Positions 37,813 to 46,509 of a stretch of 64,000 nt of DNA are shown in pieces. This DNA is from Micromonosporaceae bacterium. Lineage in GTDB: Bacteria; Actinomycetota; Actinomycetes; Mycobacteriales; Micromonosporaceae. The notes under the pieces are model-generated. The model was given only the letters and a program-made list of their open reading frames with translations, made no database searches and was not told the DNA's origin. The translations under genes were made by a program, and so were the position numbers. The stretch lies in NCBI GenBank assembly GCA_035263025.1, contig DATFRR010000010.1:10456-74455 (forward strand), given 5' to 3'. Position 1 is the first letter of the stretch; every line of letters starts with the position of its first letter.

Positions 37813-40580
37813 CGAGCTCGGACAGGATAGGACCACACGTCAGTGGCGTGCCGACAGTGAACTCGGTCAAGGGCGCGGAGGTGACGGCACGCGAGGCCGA
37901 GATCCTTGCGTTGATTGCCGTGCATCTCACGAACGCACAGATCGCGGATGCGCTGTTCATCTCGGTACGTACCGTCGAAAGCCACGTGTCGGCGATGCTT
38001 CGGAAGCTGCAGTTGCCCGATCGTCGCAGTCTGGCCAGGTTTGCAGACACGATGCCGGGACCGCACGTCAAGTCGGGAAGTCGCAGCCTGCCATTGCCGG
38101 TGACGCCGTTCATCGGCCGCACCAGCGAGCGGGCGTCGCTGACCGCCGCGCTCGCCGAGCATCGCCTGGTGACGGCGACTGGTCCGGGTGGCGTCGGCAA
38201 AACGCGGCTCGCCTTGAACGTCGCAGCCGATGTTGCGCCGACCCGGGGCGACGGTGTGTGGTTCGTAGATCTGATTCATGTGACGGATTCGGTGTCGGTC
38301 ACGTCAGCCGTCGCCCAGACGGTCGGCATCCCTGAGCAGCGAACCACGTCGGTGGACCACGCACTCGTCGCCTCGCTGGCCGACAGTGACGCGCTGCTGG
38401 TCATCGACAATTGCGAGCACGTTCTCGACGGCGTTCGAGCCTGTGTCGAACGGATCATCGCCGGCTGCCCGGCCATCACCGTGCTGGCGACCAGTCGGTC
38501 CCGGCTCCTCTTCCCGTACGAGCGGGTCTACGTCGTACCAGGAATGTCGGTCGTGGAGCATGGCGGCGACGCCGTCGACCTGTTCACCGCGCGAGTGGCC
38601 GCGGCGACCGGCGGTCCTCAGCCGCCGGATCCCGTGCGGGTGGCCGCGCTGTGCCGGGCGCTGGACGGCATGGCGCTGGCCATCGAGTTGGCCGCGGCTC
38701 GCTTTGCGACGCTCGGCCTGGACGGCTTGGAGACCGGCCTCGACCAGAGGCTCCGGCTCCTCGCCGCCGGCACCCATGTTCCCGATCGCCATCGTTCGCT
38801 GCGGGCGGCCATCGGGTGGAGCTATGACCTGCTCTCGTCGGATGATCGCAGCCTGTTGCGCGGCGTGGCGGTATTCGCGTCGTGGTTCGACGTCGACGCG
38901 GCGTGCGCGGTCGCGGGAGCTGGCCGCGAGCGCACCGACATTGCCGACGGGCTCGCGCGGCTGGCGGAGCACAGCCTGCTCGTCGCCGAGCCCGGCAGCC
39001 CGACCAGATACCGAGCGTTGGAGACGATCCGCCAGTACGGCATGGAGCGGCTTGACGAGGCGGGCGAACTGGGCGAGATCCGCGTCGACCACGAGCAATG
39101 GTGCCGCGAGACCCTCGCCACGCTGTCTGCGATCGATGCCATGAACATCGACGACGAGTGGTGCGCCCAGTTCGACCGGATCGTCGACGACGCCGGTGCC
39201 GCGTTCACCTGGTCCGCCAGCGAACAGGGTCGACGTGCGCCGGCGGTGGCGTTGGCCGCCGAGCTTGCCGGCCTGCTGTTCCTCCGGGGCCGGCAGGCGC
39301 AAGCACAGCGTCGGTATGAGCAGTGCGCAGATCTCGCCGAGACGGCGGCCGAGCGGGCCGCCCATCTGAGGCTTGCCGCCGGGGCGGCCGCGAGCCGATT
39401 CGTGGGCGACGATGCGCTGCGGCTGCTTCGGATGGCGGCCGATGCGGCTCTCGCGGCGGGCGACCGTGCCAGCGCGGCACAGGACCTGGCAACCATGGCG
39501 ACGTACATCAACCGCGCGCCGGGGATCATGGCCACGCCACACACTCGGGCGGAAGCCGGCACGTTGGTCGACGAAGCGCGCGCTCTATCGGACGGCTCGC
39601 CGGTGGCGGAGGCGGCGATCGCGGTGGCGACGGCGTGGGTACCCCAGCCGACGATCGACGACGCGCGACGAACTGTCGAGATCGCCGAACTGGCCGGCGA
39701 CGGAATCATGCACAGCGTTGCCTTGGACTTGTCGATCCTCGCCAACCAGATCGGCAACGACTTCGCCGAGGCCACGCGGATCGCCCACCGGAGACTTGCG
39801 GTGCTCGACACGCTCACGATTGGTCCGCTCAGCGGATTCGAGTTCGGGGACGGCCATCTCGTGGCCGCCGAAACGGCGCTTGGCGCCGGTGACCTGGCCG
39901 GCGCCGCTGCCCACGCAGAGACGCTGGCGCAGCTGCCGTTCTACCGCGACGAGGAACACCTGTCCACCTGTCGACGACTGTTCATCGACGCGCTGGCCGG
40001 CCATTTCGACGATGTCGTCAGCAACGCGGAACGCTTCCGCACCGGGTGGGAGCGTGCCGGGCGACCGGCCGCGCGGAACTTGGCGCGGGGCACGTACGCC
40101 GTGGCGATGGTGCACGGCATGCGCGGCGATGACGATCGTCGGGCCGCATGGATCCGGCTCACGATCGACCTCGGTGTCGATCCCGAGCAGCTCGCCGGAT
40201 GCGCGCTCGGATGGCCTCCGGTGTTCGACGGTCTGCTCGCGCTGCACCGCGACGACGCGGCCGCCGCAATGCGGGTACTAGCCGCCGACATTGACACTCC
40301 CGAGCTGTTCCAGCATGTCGGCGCGGGCCCGTGGCGGCTGTGGTACGCCGCGCTCTGGGCGGAGGCCGGCGTGCTTGGCGGTCGTGACGACGCGGCAATT
40401 CGTATCGAGCGTGCTCGGCACACGGTCCACGACAATCCGATCGCGACCGCGATGGTCGAACGGGCGACCGCGATCCTGACCGGCGACCGTGACGCTCTCG
40501 TCCGACTCGTGAGCACGTTCGCCCAGCTCGGTTGCCCGTACCAGGAGGCGAGAACAGGTCGGCTGACAGCACAGCGGTAG
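37809..40580 (+). CDS. LuxR-HTH (N-terminal) + P-loop STAND/NB-ARC-like ATPase + TPR-like helical repeat protein
   Basis: The LuxR/GerE HTH is AREAEILALIAVHLTNAQIADALFISVRTVESHVSAMLRKL. The P-loop is GPGGVGKTRLA and Walker B is LLVIDNCEH. A long Ala/Leu-rich helical C-terminus follows. An ATGA overlap links it to the upstream gene. Confidence 0.8.
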   Translation: MTSSDRIGPHVSGVPTVNSVKGAEVTAREAEILALIAVHLTNAQIADALFISVRTVESHVSAMLRKLQLPDRRSLARFADTMPGPHVKSGSRSLPLPVTPFIGRTSERASLTAALAEHRLVTATGPGGVGKTRLALNVAADVAPTRGDGVWFVDLIHVTDSVSVTSAVAQTVGIPEQRTTSVDHALVASLADSDALLVIDNCEHVLDGVRACVERIIAGCPAITVLATSRSRLLFPYERVYVVPGMSVVEHGGDAVDLFTARVAAATGGPQPPDPVRVAALCRALDGMALAIELAAARFATLGLDGLETGLDQRLRLLAAGTHVPDRHRSLRAAIGWSYDLLSSDDRSLLRGVAVFASWFDVDAACAVAGAGRERTDIADGLARLAEHSLLVAEPGSPTRYRALETIRQYGMERLDEAGELGEIRVDHEQWCRETLATLSAIDAMNIDDEWCAQFDRIVDDAGAAFTWSASEQGRRAPAVALAAELAGLLFLRGRQAQAQRRYEQCADLAETAAERAAHLRLAAGAAASRFVGDDALRLLRMAADAALAAGDRASAAQDLATMATYINRAPGIMATPHTRAEAGTLVDEARALSDGSPVAEAAIAVATAWVPQPTIDDARRTVEIAELAGDGIMHSVALDLSILANQIGNDFAEATRIAHRRLAVLDTLTIGPLSGFEFGDGHLVAAETALGAGDLAGAAAHAETLAQLPFYRDEEHLSTCRRLFIDALAGHFDDVVSNAERFRTGWERAGRPAARNLARGTYAVAMVHGMRGDDDRRAAWIRLTIDLGVDPEQLAGCALGWPPVFDGLLALHRDDAAAAMRVLAADIDTPELFQHVGAGPWRLWYAALWAEAGVLGGRDDAAIRIERARHTVHDNPIATAMVERATAILTGDRDALVRLVSTFAQLGCPYQEARTGRLTAQR

Positions 40581-40656
40581 CCACGCCCGCGCGTTGGCAC
40601 AGCACGTTTGGACGCCGGTCTGACATGATTTGTGAGAGGCAGGAGGGAGAACGATC

Positions 40657-41499
40657 ATGGCGAACACGGTTCGGGCGGCACTTGTGCAGGCCACTTGGAC
40701 GGGCGACAAGGAATCAATGATCAAGGCCCACGAGGAGTACGCGCGGCAGGCCGCGGCGAGCGGCGCCAAGGTCATGTGCTTCCAGGAGTTGTTCTACGGG
40801 CCGTACTTCTGCCAGGTGCAGGATCCCAAGTACTACGCGTACGCCGAGTCGGTCCCCGGGCCGACCGTGGAGCGCTTCCAGGCACTCGCGGCCGAGTTGG
40901 GCATGGTGCTGATCCTTCCGGTCTACGAGCAGGAGCAGCCCGGCGTGCTCTACAACACCGCGGCGGTGGTCGACGCCGACGGAAGCTACCTCGGCAAGTA
41001 CCGCAAGACGCACATTCCACAGGTCCGCGGGTTCTGGGAGAAGTTCTACTTCCGTCCGGGCAACCTCGGCTATCCGATCTTCGACACGGCCGTCGGCCGC
41101 ATCGGTGTCTACATCTGCTACGACCGGCATTTCCCCGAGGGCTGGCGGGCACTTGGACTCGCCGGCGCGACGATCGTGTTCAACCCGAGCGCGACGAGCC
41201 GCGGACTGTCGTCGTACCTCTGGAAGCTCGAACAACCGGCCTCGGCCGTGGCGAACGAATATTTCGTTGGCGCCATCAACCGGGTCGGCATCGAGGCGGA
41301 GCTTGGCGACGACGACTTCTACGGCACGTCCTACTTCGTTGACCCGGAAGGAAAGTTCGTTGGCGATGTCGCCGACACGCACGAGCCGGAAGTGGTCGTC
41401 CGCGACCTCGACATGGACCTGCTGGCGGAGGTGCGCGACCGGTGGGCGTTCTACCGGGACCGTCGCCCGGACGCCTACGAGGGGTTGGTCGCGCCATGA
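40657..41499 (+). CDS. Nitrilase-superfamily amidohydrolase, beta-ureidopropionase / N-carbamoyl-amino-acid amidohydrolase type
   Basis: The Glu-Lys-Cys triad context is CFQELF, YRKTHIP and VYICYDRHFPE. The RBS is GGAGGGAGA. Confidence 0.85.
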   Translation: MANTVRAALVQATWTGDKESMIKAHEEYARQAAASGAKVMCFQELFYGPYFCQVQDPKYYAYAESVPGPTVERFQALAAELGMVLILPVYEQEQPGVLYNTAAVVDADGSYLGKYRKTHIPQVRGFWEKFYFRPGNLGYPIFDTAVGRIGVYICYDRHFPEGWRALGLAGATIVFNPSATSRGLSSYLWKLEQPASAVANEYFVGAINRVGIEAELGDDDFYGTSYFVDPEGKFVGDVADTHEPEVVVRDLDMDLLAEVRDRWAFYRDRRPDAYEGLVAP

Positions 41500-42902
41500 C
41501 GCTTCTGGTCCAGGGCGGCACCGTGGTCGGCCCAACGGGAACGTTCCTGGGCGATGTGCTTATCGACGGCGAGACGGTCGCCGCGGTCGGCGCACCCGGC
41601 CAGCTCTCCGCCGGCGGCGCCGAGAAGGTCGTTGACGCGAACGGCCGCTACGTGATCCCGGGCGCGATCGACGCGCATACGCACATGCAGATGCCGTTCG
41701 GTGGTACGTCGGCGAGCGACACGTTCGAGACGGGTACGCGCGCCGCGGCGTTCGGCGGGACAACGACAATCATCGACTTCGCCATCCAACGTACCGGCGA
41801 GGTGGTGCAGGACGGCCTGGCCGCGTGGCACGCCAAGGCGGCCGGTGAGTGCTATGTGGACTATGGGTTCCACATGATTCTCGGCGGTGTCGACGACGAC
41901 GCGCTGAAGGCCATGGACCAACTCGTGGCCGACGAGGGGATCACGAGCTTCAAGCTGTTCATGGCGTACCCAGGTGTGTTCTTCAGTGACGACGGCCAGA
42001 TCCTGCGTGCCATGCAGGCGGCGCGCGACAACGGCGCACTCATCATGATGCACGCGGAGAACGGCCCGGCGATCGACGTGCTCGTTCGTCAGGCGCTCGC
42101 GCGGGGCGAAACCGACCCGATCTACCACGGGCTGACCCGGCCAGCAGCGCTCGAGGCGGAGGCGACGAGCCGTGCCATTTGGCTCGCGTCGGTGGCAAGC
42201 GATTGCCCGCTCTACATCGTCCATCTGTCCGCGTCTCAGGCGTTGGCCGCCGTTGCGGAAGCGCGCAATGCCGGCCGCAACGTGTTCGCCGAGACCTGCC
42301 CGCAATACCTCTACCTGACACTCGAAGACCAACTCGGCGCGCCGGGATTCGAGGGCGCCAAGTGGGTGTGCTCGACGCCGCTGCGCAGCAAGCACGAGTC
42401 TCACCAACGAGATCTGTGGCAGGGCCTGAGGACGAACGACCTGTCGGTCGTCTCCACCGACCACTGCCCGTTCTGCATGAAGGAGCAGAAGGAGCTGGGC
42501 CTCGGTGACTTCTCGAAGATTCCGAACGGCATCGGCGGCGTCGAGCATCGAGTAGACCTGTTGTATCAGGGCGTGGTGGACCGGAAGATCTCGCTGGCGC
42601 GCTGGGTCGAGATCATCGCGACGACGCCCGCACGGATGTTCGGTCTCTACCCACGCAAGGGCATCATCGCGCCGGGCTCGGACGCCGACATTGTGGTCTA
42701 CGACCCGGCCGGGCGAACCCGCATCGGCGTCGCCACGCACCACATGAACATGGACTACTCGGCGTACGAGGGCGTGGAGATCGCCGGCCGGGTGCAGACG
42801 GTCATCTCACGTGGCGAGGTGATCGTGGACGACGGCACAATGCACGGCGTCAAGGGCCGCGGCCAATACCTGCGCCGCGGACTGTCGCAGTATCTGGTCT
42901 GA
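41496..42902 (+). CDS. Dihydropyrimidinase / D-hydantoinase
   Basis: Motifs are GAIDAHTHMQMPFGG, the carboxylated-Lys context SFKLFMAY, MMHAENG, TDHCPF and GSDADIVV. An ATGA overlap links it to the upstream gene. Confidence 0.9.
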   Translation: MTLLVQGGTVVGPTGTFLGDVLIDGETVAAVGAPGQLSAGGAEKVVDANGRYVIPGAIDAHTHMQMPFGGTSASDTFETGTRAAAFGGTTTIIDFAIQRTGEVVQDGLAAWHAKAAGECYVDYGFHMILGGVDDDALKAMDQLVADEGITSFKLFMAYPGVFFSDDGQILRAMQAARDNGALIMMHAENGPAIDVLVRQALARGETDPIYHGLTRPAALEAEATSRAIWLASVASDCPLYIVHLSASQALAAVAEARNAGRNVFAETCPQYLYLTLEDQLGAPGFEGAKWVCSTPLRSKHESHQRDLWQGLRTNDLSVVSTDHCPFCMKEQKELGLGDFSKIPNGIGGVEHRVDLLYQGVVDRKISLARWVEIIATTPARMFGLYPRKGIIAPGSDADIVVYDPAGRTRIGVATHHMNMDYSAYEGVEIAGRVQTVISRGEVIVDDGTMHGVKGRGQYLRRGLSQYLV

Positions 42903-42964
42903 CATGGACATCCTCTGACTTGGACATCCTCTGACATGGGCATCGTCTGACATGGACATCGGCA
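42901..42964 (+). repeat. Four tandem copies of a 16-bp unit spanning the stop-start junction
   Basis: The units are GACATGGACATCCTCT, GACTTGGACATCCTCT, GACATGGGCATCGTCT and GACATGGACATCGGCA. Each junction reads TGA-C-(A/T)TG. Confidence 0.9.
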
Positions 42965-43947
42965 TCGTCTTTCAACTCGATCCGCCGGCGAGCGAGGTCG
43001 TGCGGCTCGCGCAACAGGCCGAGACCGCAGGCTTTTCGCACGTGTGGACGTTCGATTCGCACCTGCTGTGGCAGGAGCCGTACGTCATCTACAGCCAGAT
43101 CCTCGGCGCAACGTCCAAGGTGATAGTCGGCCCGATGGTGACGAATCCCGGCACCCGAGACGCGACTGTCACTGCCTCTACACTCGCGACGCTCAACAGC
43201 ATGTTCGGCAACCGTACGATCTGCGGCATCGGGCGAGGCGACTCGGCTCTGCGTACGCTCGGCGCGCGCCCGCAAACATTGGCGGAGCTTCGCGAGTGCA
43301 TCCGGGTCATTCGCGGTCTCGCCAACGGCGAGTCGGTCACGTATCGCGGGCACGATCTGCGGTTCCCGTGGGCCGGTGACAGCCGCTTGGAGGTGTGGGT
43401 CGCGGCGTACGGGCCGAAGGCGCTTGCGCTCACCGGTGAGGTAGGCGACGGATACATCCTGCAACTCGCCGATCCCGATATCGCGGCATGGATGATCGCG
43501 GCCGTGCGCGCGGCGGCCGAGCGAGCCGGGCGAGACCCGGACGCGATCACGTTCTGCGTCGCCGCGCCTGCCTACGTCGGCGACGACATCGCCCACCTAC
43601 GTGACCAGACCCGATGGTTCGGTGGCATGGTCGGCAACCACGTCGCGGACATCGTGGCCCGCTACGCGGACACTGGCGCGGTGCCACGCGGGCTGACCGA
43701 CTACATCGCCGGGCGGCGCGGCTACGACTACACCCACCACGGGCGCGCGGACAATGCGGATGTCGACTTCGTCCCCGACGAGATCATCGACCGATTCTGC
43801 GTGCTCGGTCCGGCCGAGGAGCATGTGCGCCGGCTGCAAGAACTGCGTGACCTCGGTGTCGACCAGTTCGCCGTCTACTTACAGCACGACGGCAAGGAGC
43901 AAACGCTCACCGCGTACGGCCAGCACGTCATCCCGGCCCTTCGCTAG
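42952..43947 (+). CDS. Luciferase-like monooxygenase (LLM) class flavin/F420-dependent oxidoreductase
   Basis: It is a 331 aa TIM-barrel LLM pattern: GFSHVWTFDSHLLW, GPMVTNPGTRD, GIGRGDS, AAYGPKALALTGEVGDGYILQ and LGVDQFAVYL. Confidence 0.85.
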   Translation: MDIGIVFQLDPPASEVVRLAQQAETAGFSHVWTFDSHLLWQEPYVIYSQILGATSKVIVGPMVTNPGTRDATVTASTLATLNSMFGNRTICGIGRGDSALRTLGARPQTLAELRECIRVIRGLANGESVTYRGHDLRFPWAGDSRLEVWVAAYGPKALALTGEVGDGYILQLADPDIAAWMIAAVRAAAERAGRDPDAITFCVAAPAYVGDDIAHLRDQTRWFGGMVGNHVADIVARYADTGAVPRGLTDYIAGRRGYDYTHHGRADNADVDFVPDEIIDRFCVLGPAEEHVRRLQELRDLGVDQFAVYLQHDGKEQTLTAYGQHVIPALR

Positions 43948-44471
43948 CTCGAGTTCGTCGAGTCGAACACCGACCAGCAGAGTTCGTTGCGCAATCGCTG
44001 ATCGTCGAGCACGAGGTCACGGATCGCAGCCGGAAGCTGATCCCGTTGCCATTGGCACTCACGACGCCTGGCGGCTTCCCGCTGGGTGGGCGGCGCGGCA
44101 TCACGGGCGGCTTTGATCGCATAGGCGGCCGCACCGAGCTCATGTGCGGCGACGTGCGCGACAGCTCCGGCCTGCCCGGCGGCGTACGCGGCGTACCGGG
44201 CAGCACCGCGCAGTTGCCTGGCTGCGCCCATGGCGTGACCGCCCGCCGCGCGAGCCTGCATCATGTTGAGGTCGCCACGTACCCACGCGCGCGCATGTTC
44301 GATCGCTTGGCGTGGCCGTGGGTCCTCCGATTGAGCCGACTCGAACAGGTCGAGGACGTGCTCCGCGCACGTTGCCGCCCAGAGGGCGAGGAGATGGTGG
44401 TCGGAATCGGTGAGAGTCCCACCGCGGCGAATCGTCACGAAGCGAAGGTCTCGCACCTTCGGGAGGATCAT
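43944..44471 (-). CDS. Conserved hypothetical all-helical protein (Imm5-like / HEAT-like, uncertain)
   Basis: The sequence reads RFVTIRRGGTLTDSDHHLLALWAATCAEHVL...AIEHARAWVRG...AAHELGAAAYAIKA. I recognise the pattern as a widespread actinobacterial hypothetical but cannot name a function. Confidence 0.55.
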   Translation of the reverse strand: MILPKVRDLRFVTIRRGGTLTDSDHHLLALWAATCAEHVLDLFESAQSEDPRPRQAIEHARAWVRGDLNMMQARAAGGHAMGAARQLRGAARYAAYAAGQAGAVAHVAAHELGAAAYAIKAARDAAPPTQREAARRRECQWQRDQLPAAIRDLVLDDQRLRNELCWSVFDSTNSS

Positions 44472-44487
44472 GGCGGCTGCTCTCGCG

Positions 44488-45231
44488 CTAGTCGGCGGTG
44501 CCTGCCAAGGTCGCTTCGACGAGGCTTCGCCGGTTCCGGATCGCTATGCCCAGTTCGGTCCAGCCGGTCAACGCGACAAATTCATTCCGATCCGTGCGTA
44601 CCCGCACTGCACCGCTCTGTCGTGTCTCGACCGTCGTCCGGATCCGCCTAGGATCCAGTGCTAGAGCCACGTCCGGGGTAGGCGAGTCGAACGCCGCGAC
44701 GATCCGGTCAACGATCTCGTCGGGCGTCGCGCTCGTGCTGTCGCAGACCAGGTTGTAGTTGTGTAGGTCGGTCTTGTCGGCGCCGTATCGTGCGATGAAC
44801 CGCAGTCGTTCGCTGTCGCTGCGACTGGCCAGCCGTTGTTGCGCATCTGCCAGCGATTCGTAGTGTTCCACCGGGCTACCCGGCCGCCCGAGCGCGCGAC
44901 TAGCGGCGACGGACGGGTCGGCGATCATGTGGACCTTCAGCGCATCAGTGAAGAAGAACCAGGCGAGCCGGCTGTCGACCACCACCTGCTCGCCGGACGC
45001 GGCGATGTCGTTCTGGAGGCCGTCGACGTAGAAGTCGATCTTGTCGTCAAGCTCGGCGTGCAGGTTGAGTTGAAGGGCGGTCATGCCACGCTGCAGTGCC
45101 ATCTCGCGGTAAACGTCGCCGACGCTAATGCGCCGGATCCCGAGCCGCGCCGCCAACAGGATCGAGACTGTGCTCTTGCCGCTGCCGAGGTCTCCGTTGA
45201 TGACCACCGAACGACCGGTCCCCATGACCAC
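44488..45231 (-). CDS. P-loop NMP-kinase-like protein (cytidylate-kinase family) with an extra C-terminal domain
   Basis: The P-loop is INGDLGSGKST and the kinase core is VVDSRLAWFF...RLASRSDSERLRFIARYG. The last ~65 aa form a separate small domain, LDPRRIRTTVE...VRVRTDRNEFVALTGWTELGIAIRNRRSLVEATL. Confidence 0.7.
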   Translation of the reverse strand: MVMGTGRSVVINGDLGSGKSTVSILLAARLGIRRISVGDVYREMALQRGMTALQLNLHAELDDKIDFYVDGLQNDIAASGEQVVVDSRLAWFFFTDALKVHMIADPSVAASRALGRPGSPVEHYESLADAQQRLASRSDSERLRFIARYGADKTDLHNYNLVCDSTSATPDEIVDRIVAAFDSPTPDVALALDPRRIRTTVETRQSGAVRVRTDRNEFVALTGWTELGIAIRNRRSLVEATLAGTAD

Positions 45232-45328
45232 ACGCTACGCGTACTGGCGTTGACGGGCTTCGAGCCCATCGCCGCTTCGACATCACGTCGCGGCGACCGC
45301 GGCGCACGGCGCCTGACCGGCGATGCCG

Positions 45329-45883
45329 TCAGACGCGGTCGAGGGGTAGGCGCGGCGGCTCCGGAAACTCGACGAGAATCGTGTCGCCGGTCTTGACTGC
45401 GCCGCCGCGCAAGACGATGCCCATGATCCCAGCCTTGCGGACCAGGTCGCCGTGCTCGTCCTTGTGCAGGACGGCTTTCAGCATGCCCGGCCGGAAGACG
45501 TTGATCTGGCTGCACGGATTGCGCAGGCCGGTGATTTCGACGATCGCCTGCGGCCCAAGTCGAAGCCTGGTGCGGGCGGGAAGCGCCAGCAGGTCGATGC
45601 CCCGGGTGGTGATGTTCTCGCCCATCTGGCCGGACTCGACGGTGAAACCTTGCGCGCGCAGTTCGTCGTGCAGTTCGGCATGGATGAGGTGAACCTGCCG
45701 CAGGTTGGGCTGCGTCGGGTCGACGGCGACCCGGGAGCGATGCTGCACAGTGACGCCAGCGTGAGTGTCGCCCTCGACACCGAGCCCGGCTAGCAGGACG
45801 ATCTCGTCGGCAACGGTCTTGCTGAACCGATGGTGACTGTCGCGGCAGACCGCGATGACGACTGGTCGGGTGCTTTCGGTCAC
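45329..45883 (-). CDS. MOSC domain-containing protein
   Basis: Motifs are GLGVEGDTHAG, NLRQVHLI, GENITTRGIDL and EITGLRNPCSQI (conserved Cys). Confidence 0.85.
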   Translation of the reverse strand: MTESTRPVVIAVCRDSHHRFSKTVADEIVLLAGLGVEGDTHAGVTVQHRSRVAVDPTQPNLRQVHLIHAELHDELRAQGFTVESGQMGENITTRGIDLLALPARTRLRLGPQAIVEITGLRNPCSQINVFRPGMLKAVLHKDEHGDLVRKAGIMGIVLRGGAVKTGDTILVEFPEPPRLPLDRV

Positions 45884-45978
45884 GGCGACAGTCTGTCAAA
45901 CAGATGTCGCCGGGGTGACGGCGCACCGTGACACGGTGTCGTGCTTGATGTCTGGCGCGCAGCGCTGGTTTGCGAGGA

Positions 45979-46374
45979 TCAGTCGCGCGGACTCAGCACG
46001 CAGAACTCGTTGCCCTCCGGATCAGTCATCACCACCCAGGTGGCCTCGGCTGGTTGGCCCACCTCGACACGTCGTGCACCGAGTCGCTCGAGACGACTCA
46101 CTTCGGCTGCCTGGTCATCGCCGGCACGCGGTGCGAGGTCGATATGCAGTCGGTTCTTCACCTGCTTTGACTCCGGGACCGCCACGAAGACCAGGCCGGG
46201 GCCGCGCTCCTCGACCGGAATGGAGTCGCCCTTGGTGAATGCGTGGGGCGGCACCAATACGACCTCGTCGGGTGCCTGGTAGGCAACCTTCCAGTCCAGC
46301 ACGCTCGCCCACCACTCAGCTTGACTCGCAAGGTCTTTGCAATCGATGACGGTCGTATACCAACGGATGCCCAT
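45979..46374 (-). CDS. VOC (glyoxalase/bleomycin-resistance fold) family protein
   Basis: The sequence WWASVLDW...KNRLHIDL...VVMTDPEGNEFCVL is the typical pattern. Confidence 0.85.
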   Translation of the reverse strand: MGIRWYTTVIDCKDLASQAEWWASVLDWKVAYQAPDEVVLVPPHAFTKGDSIPVEERGPGLVFVAVPESKQVKNRLHIDLAPRAGDDQAAEVSRLERLGARRVEVGQPAEATWVVMTDPEGNEFCVLSPRD

Positions 46375-46509
46375 AGCGCAACCGTAGGACCGACCACCGA
46401 CAGTCGCCGTCCATCTCCGTACGGCCGTTGCGTCCGCCGTGTCGGCTCGCGCGCTTCAGTAGCGGTTAGTGTGTCCGTATGCAGCGGGCCGTGACCGTGA
46501 GCGACCTCG

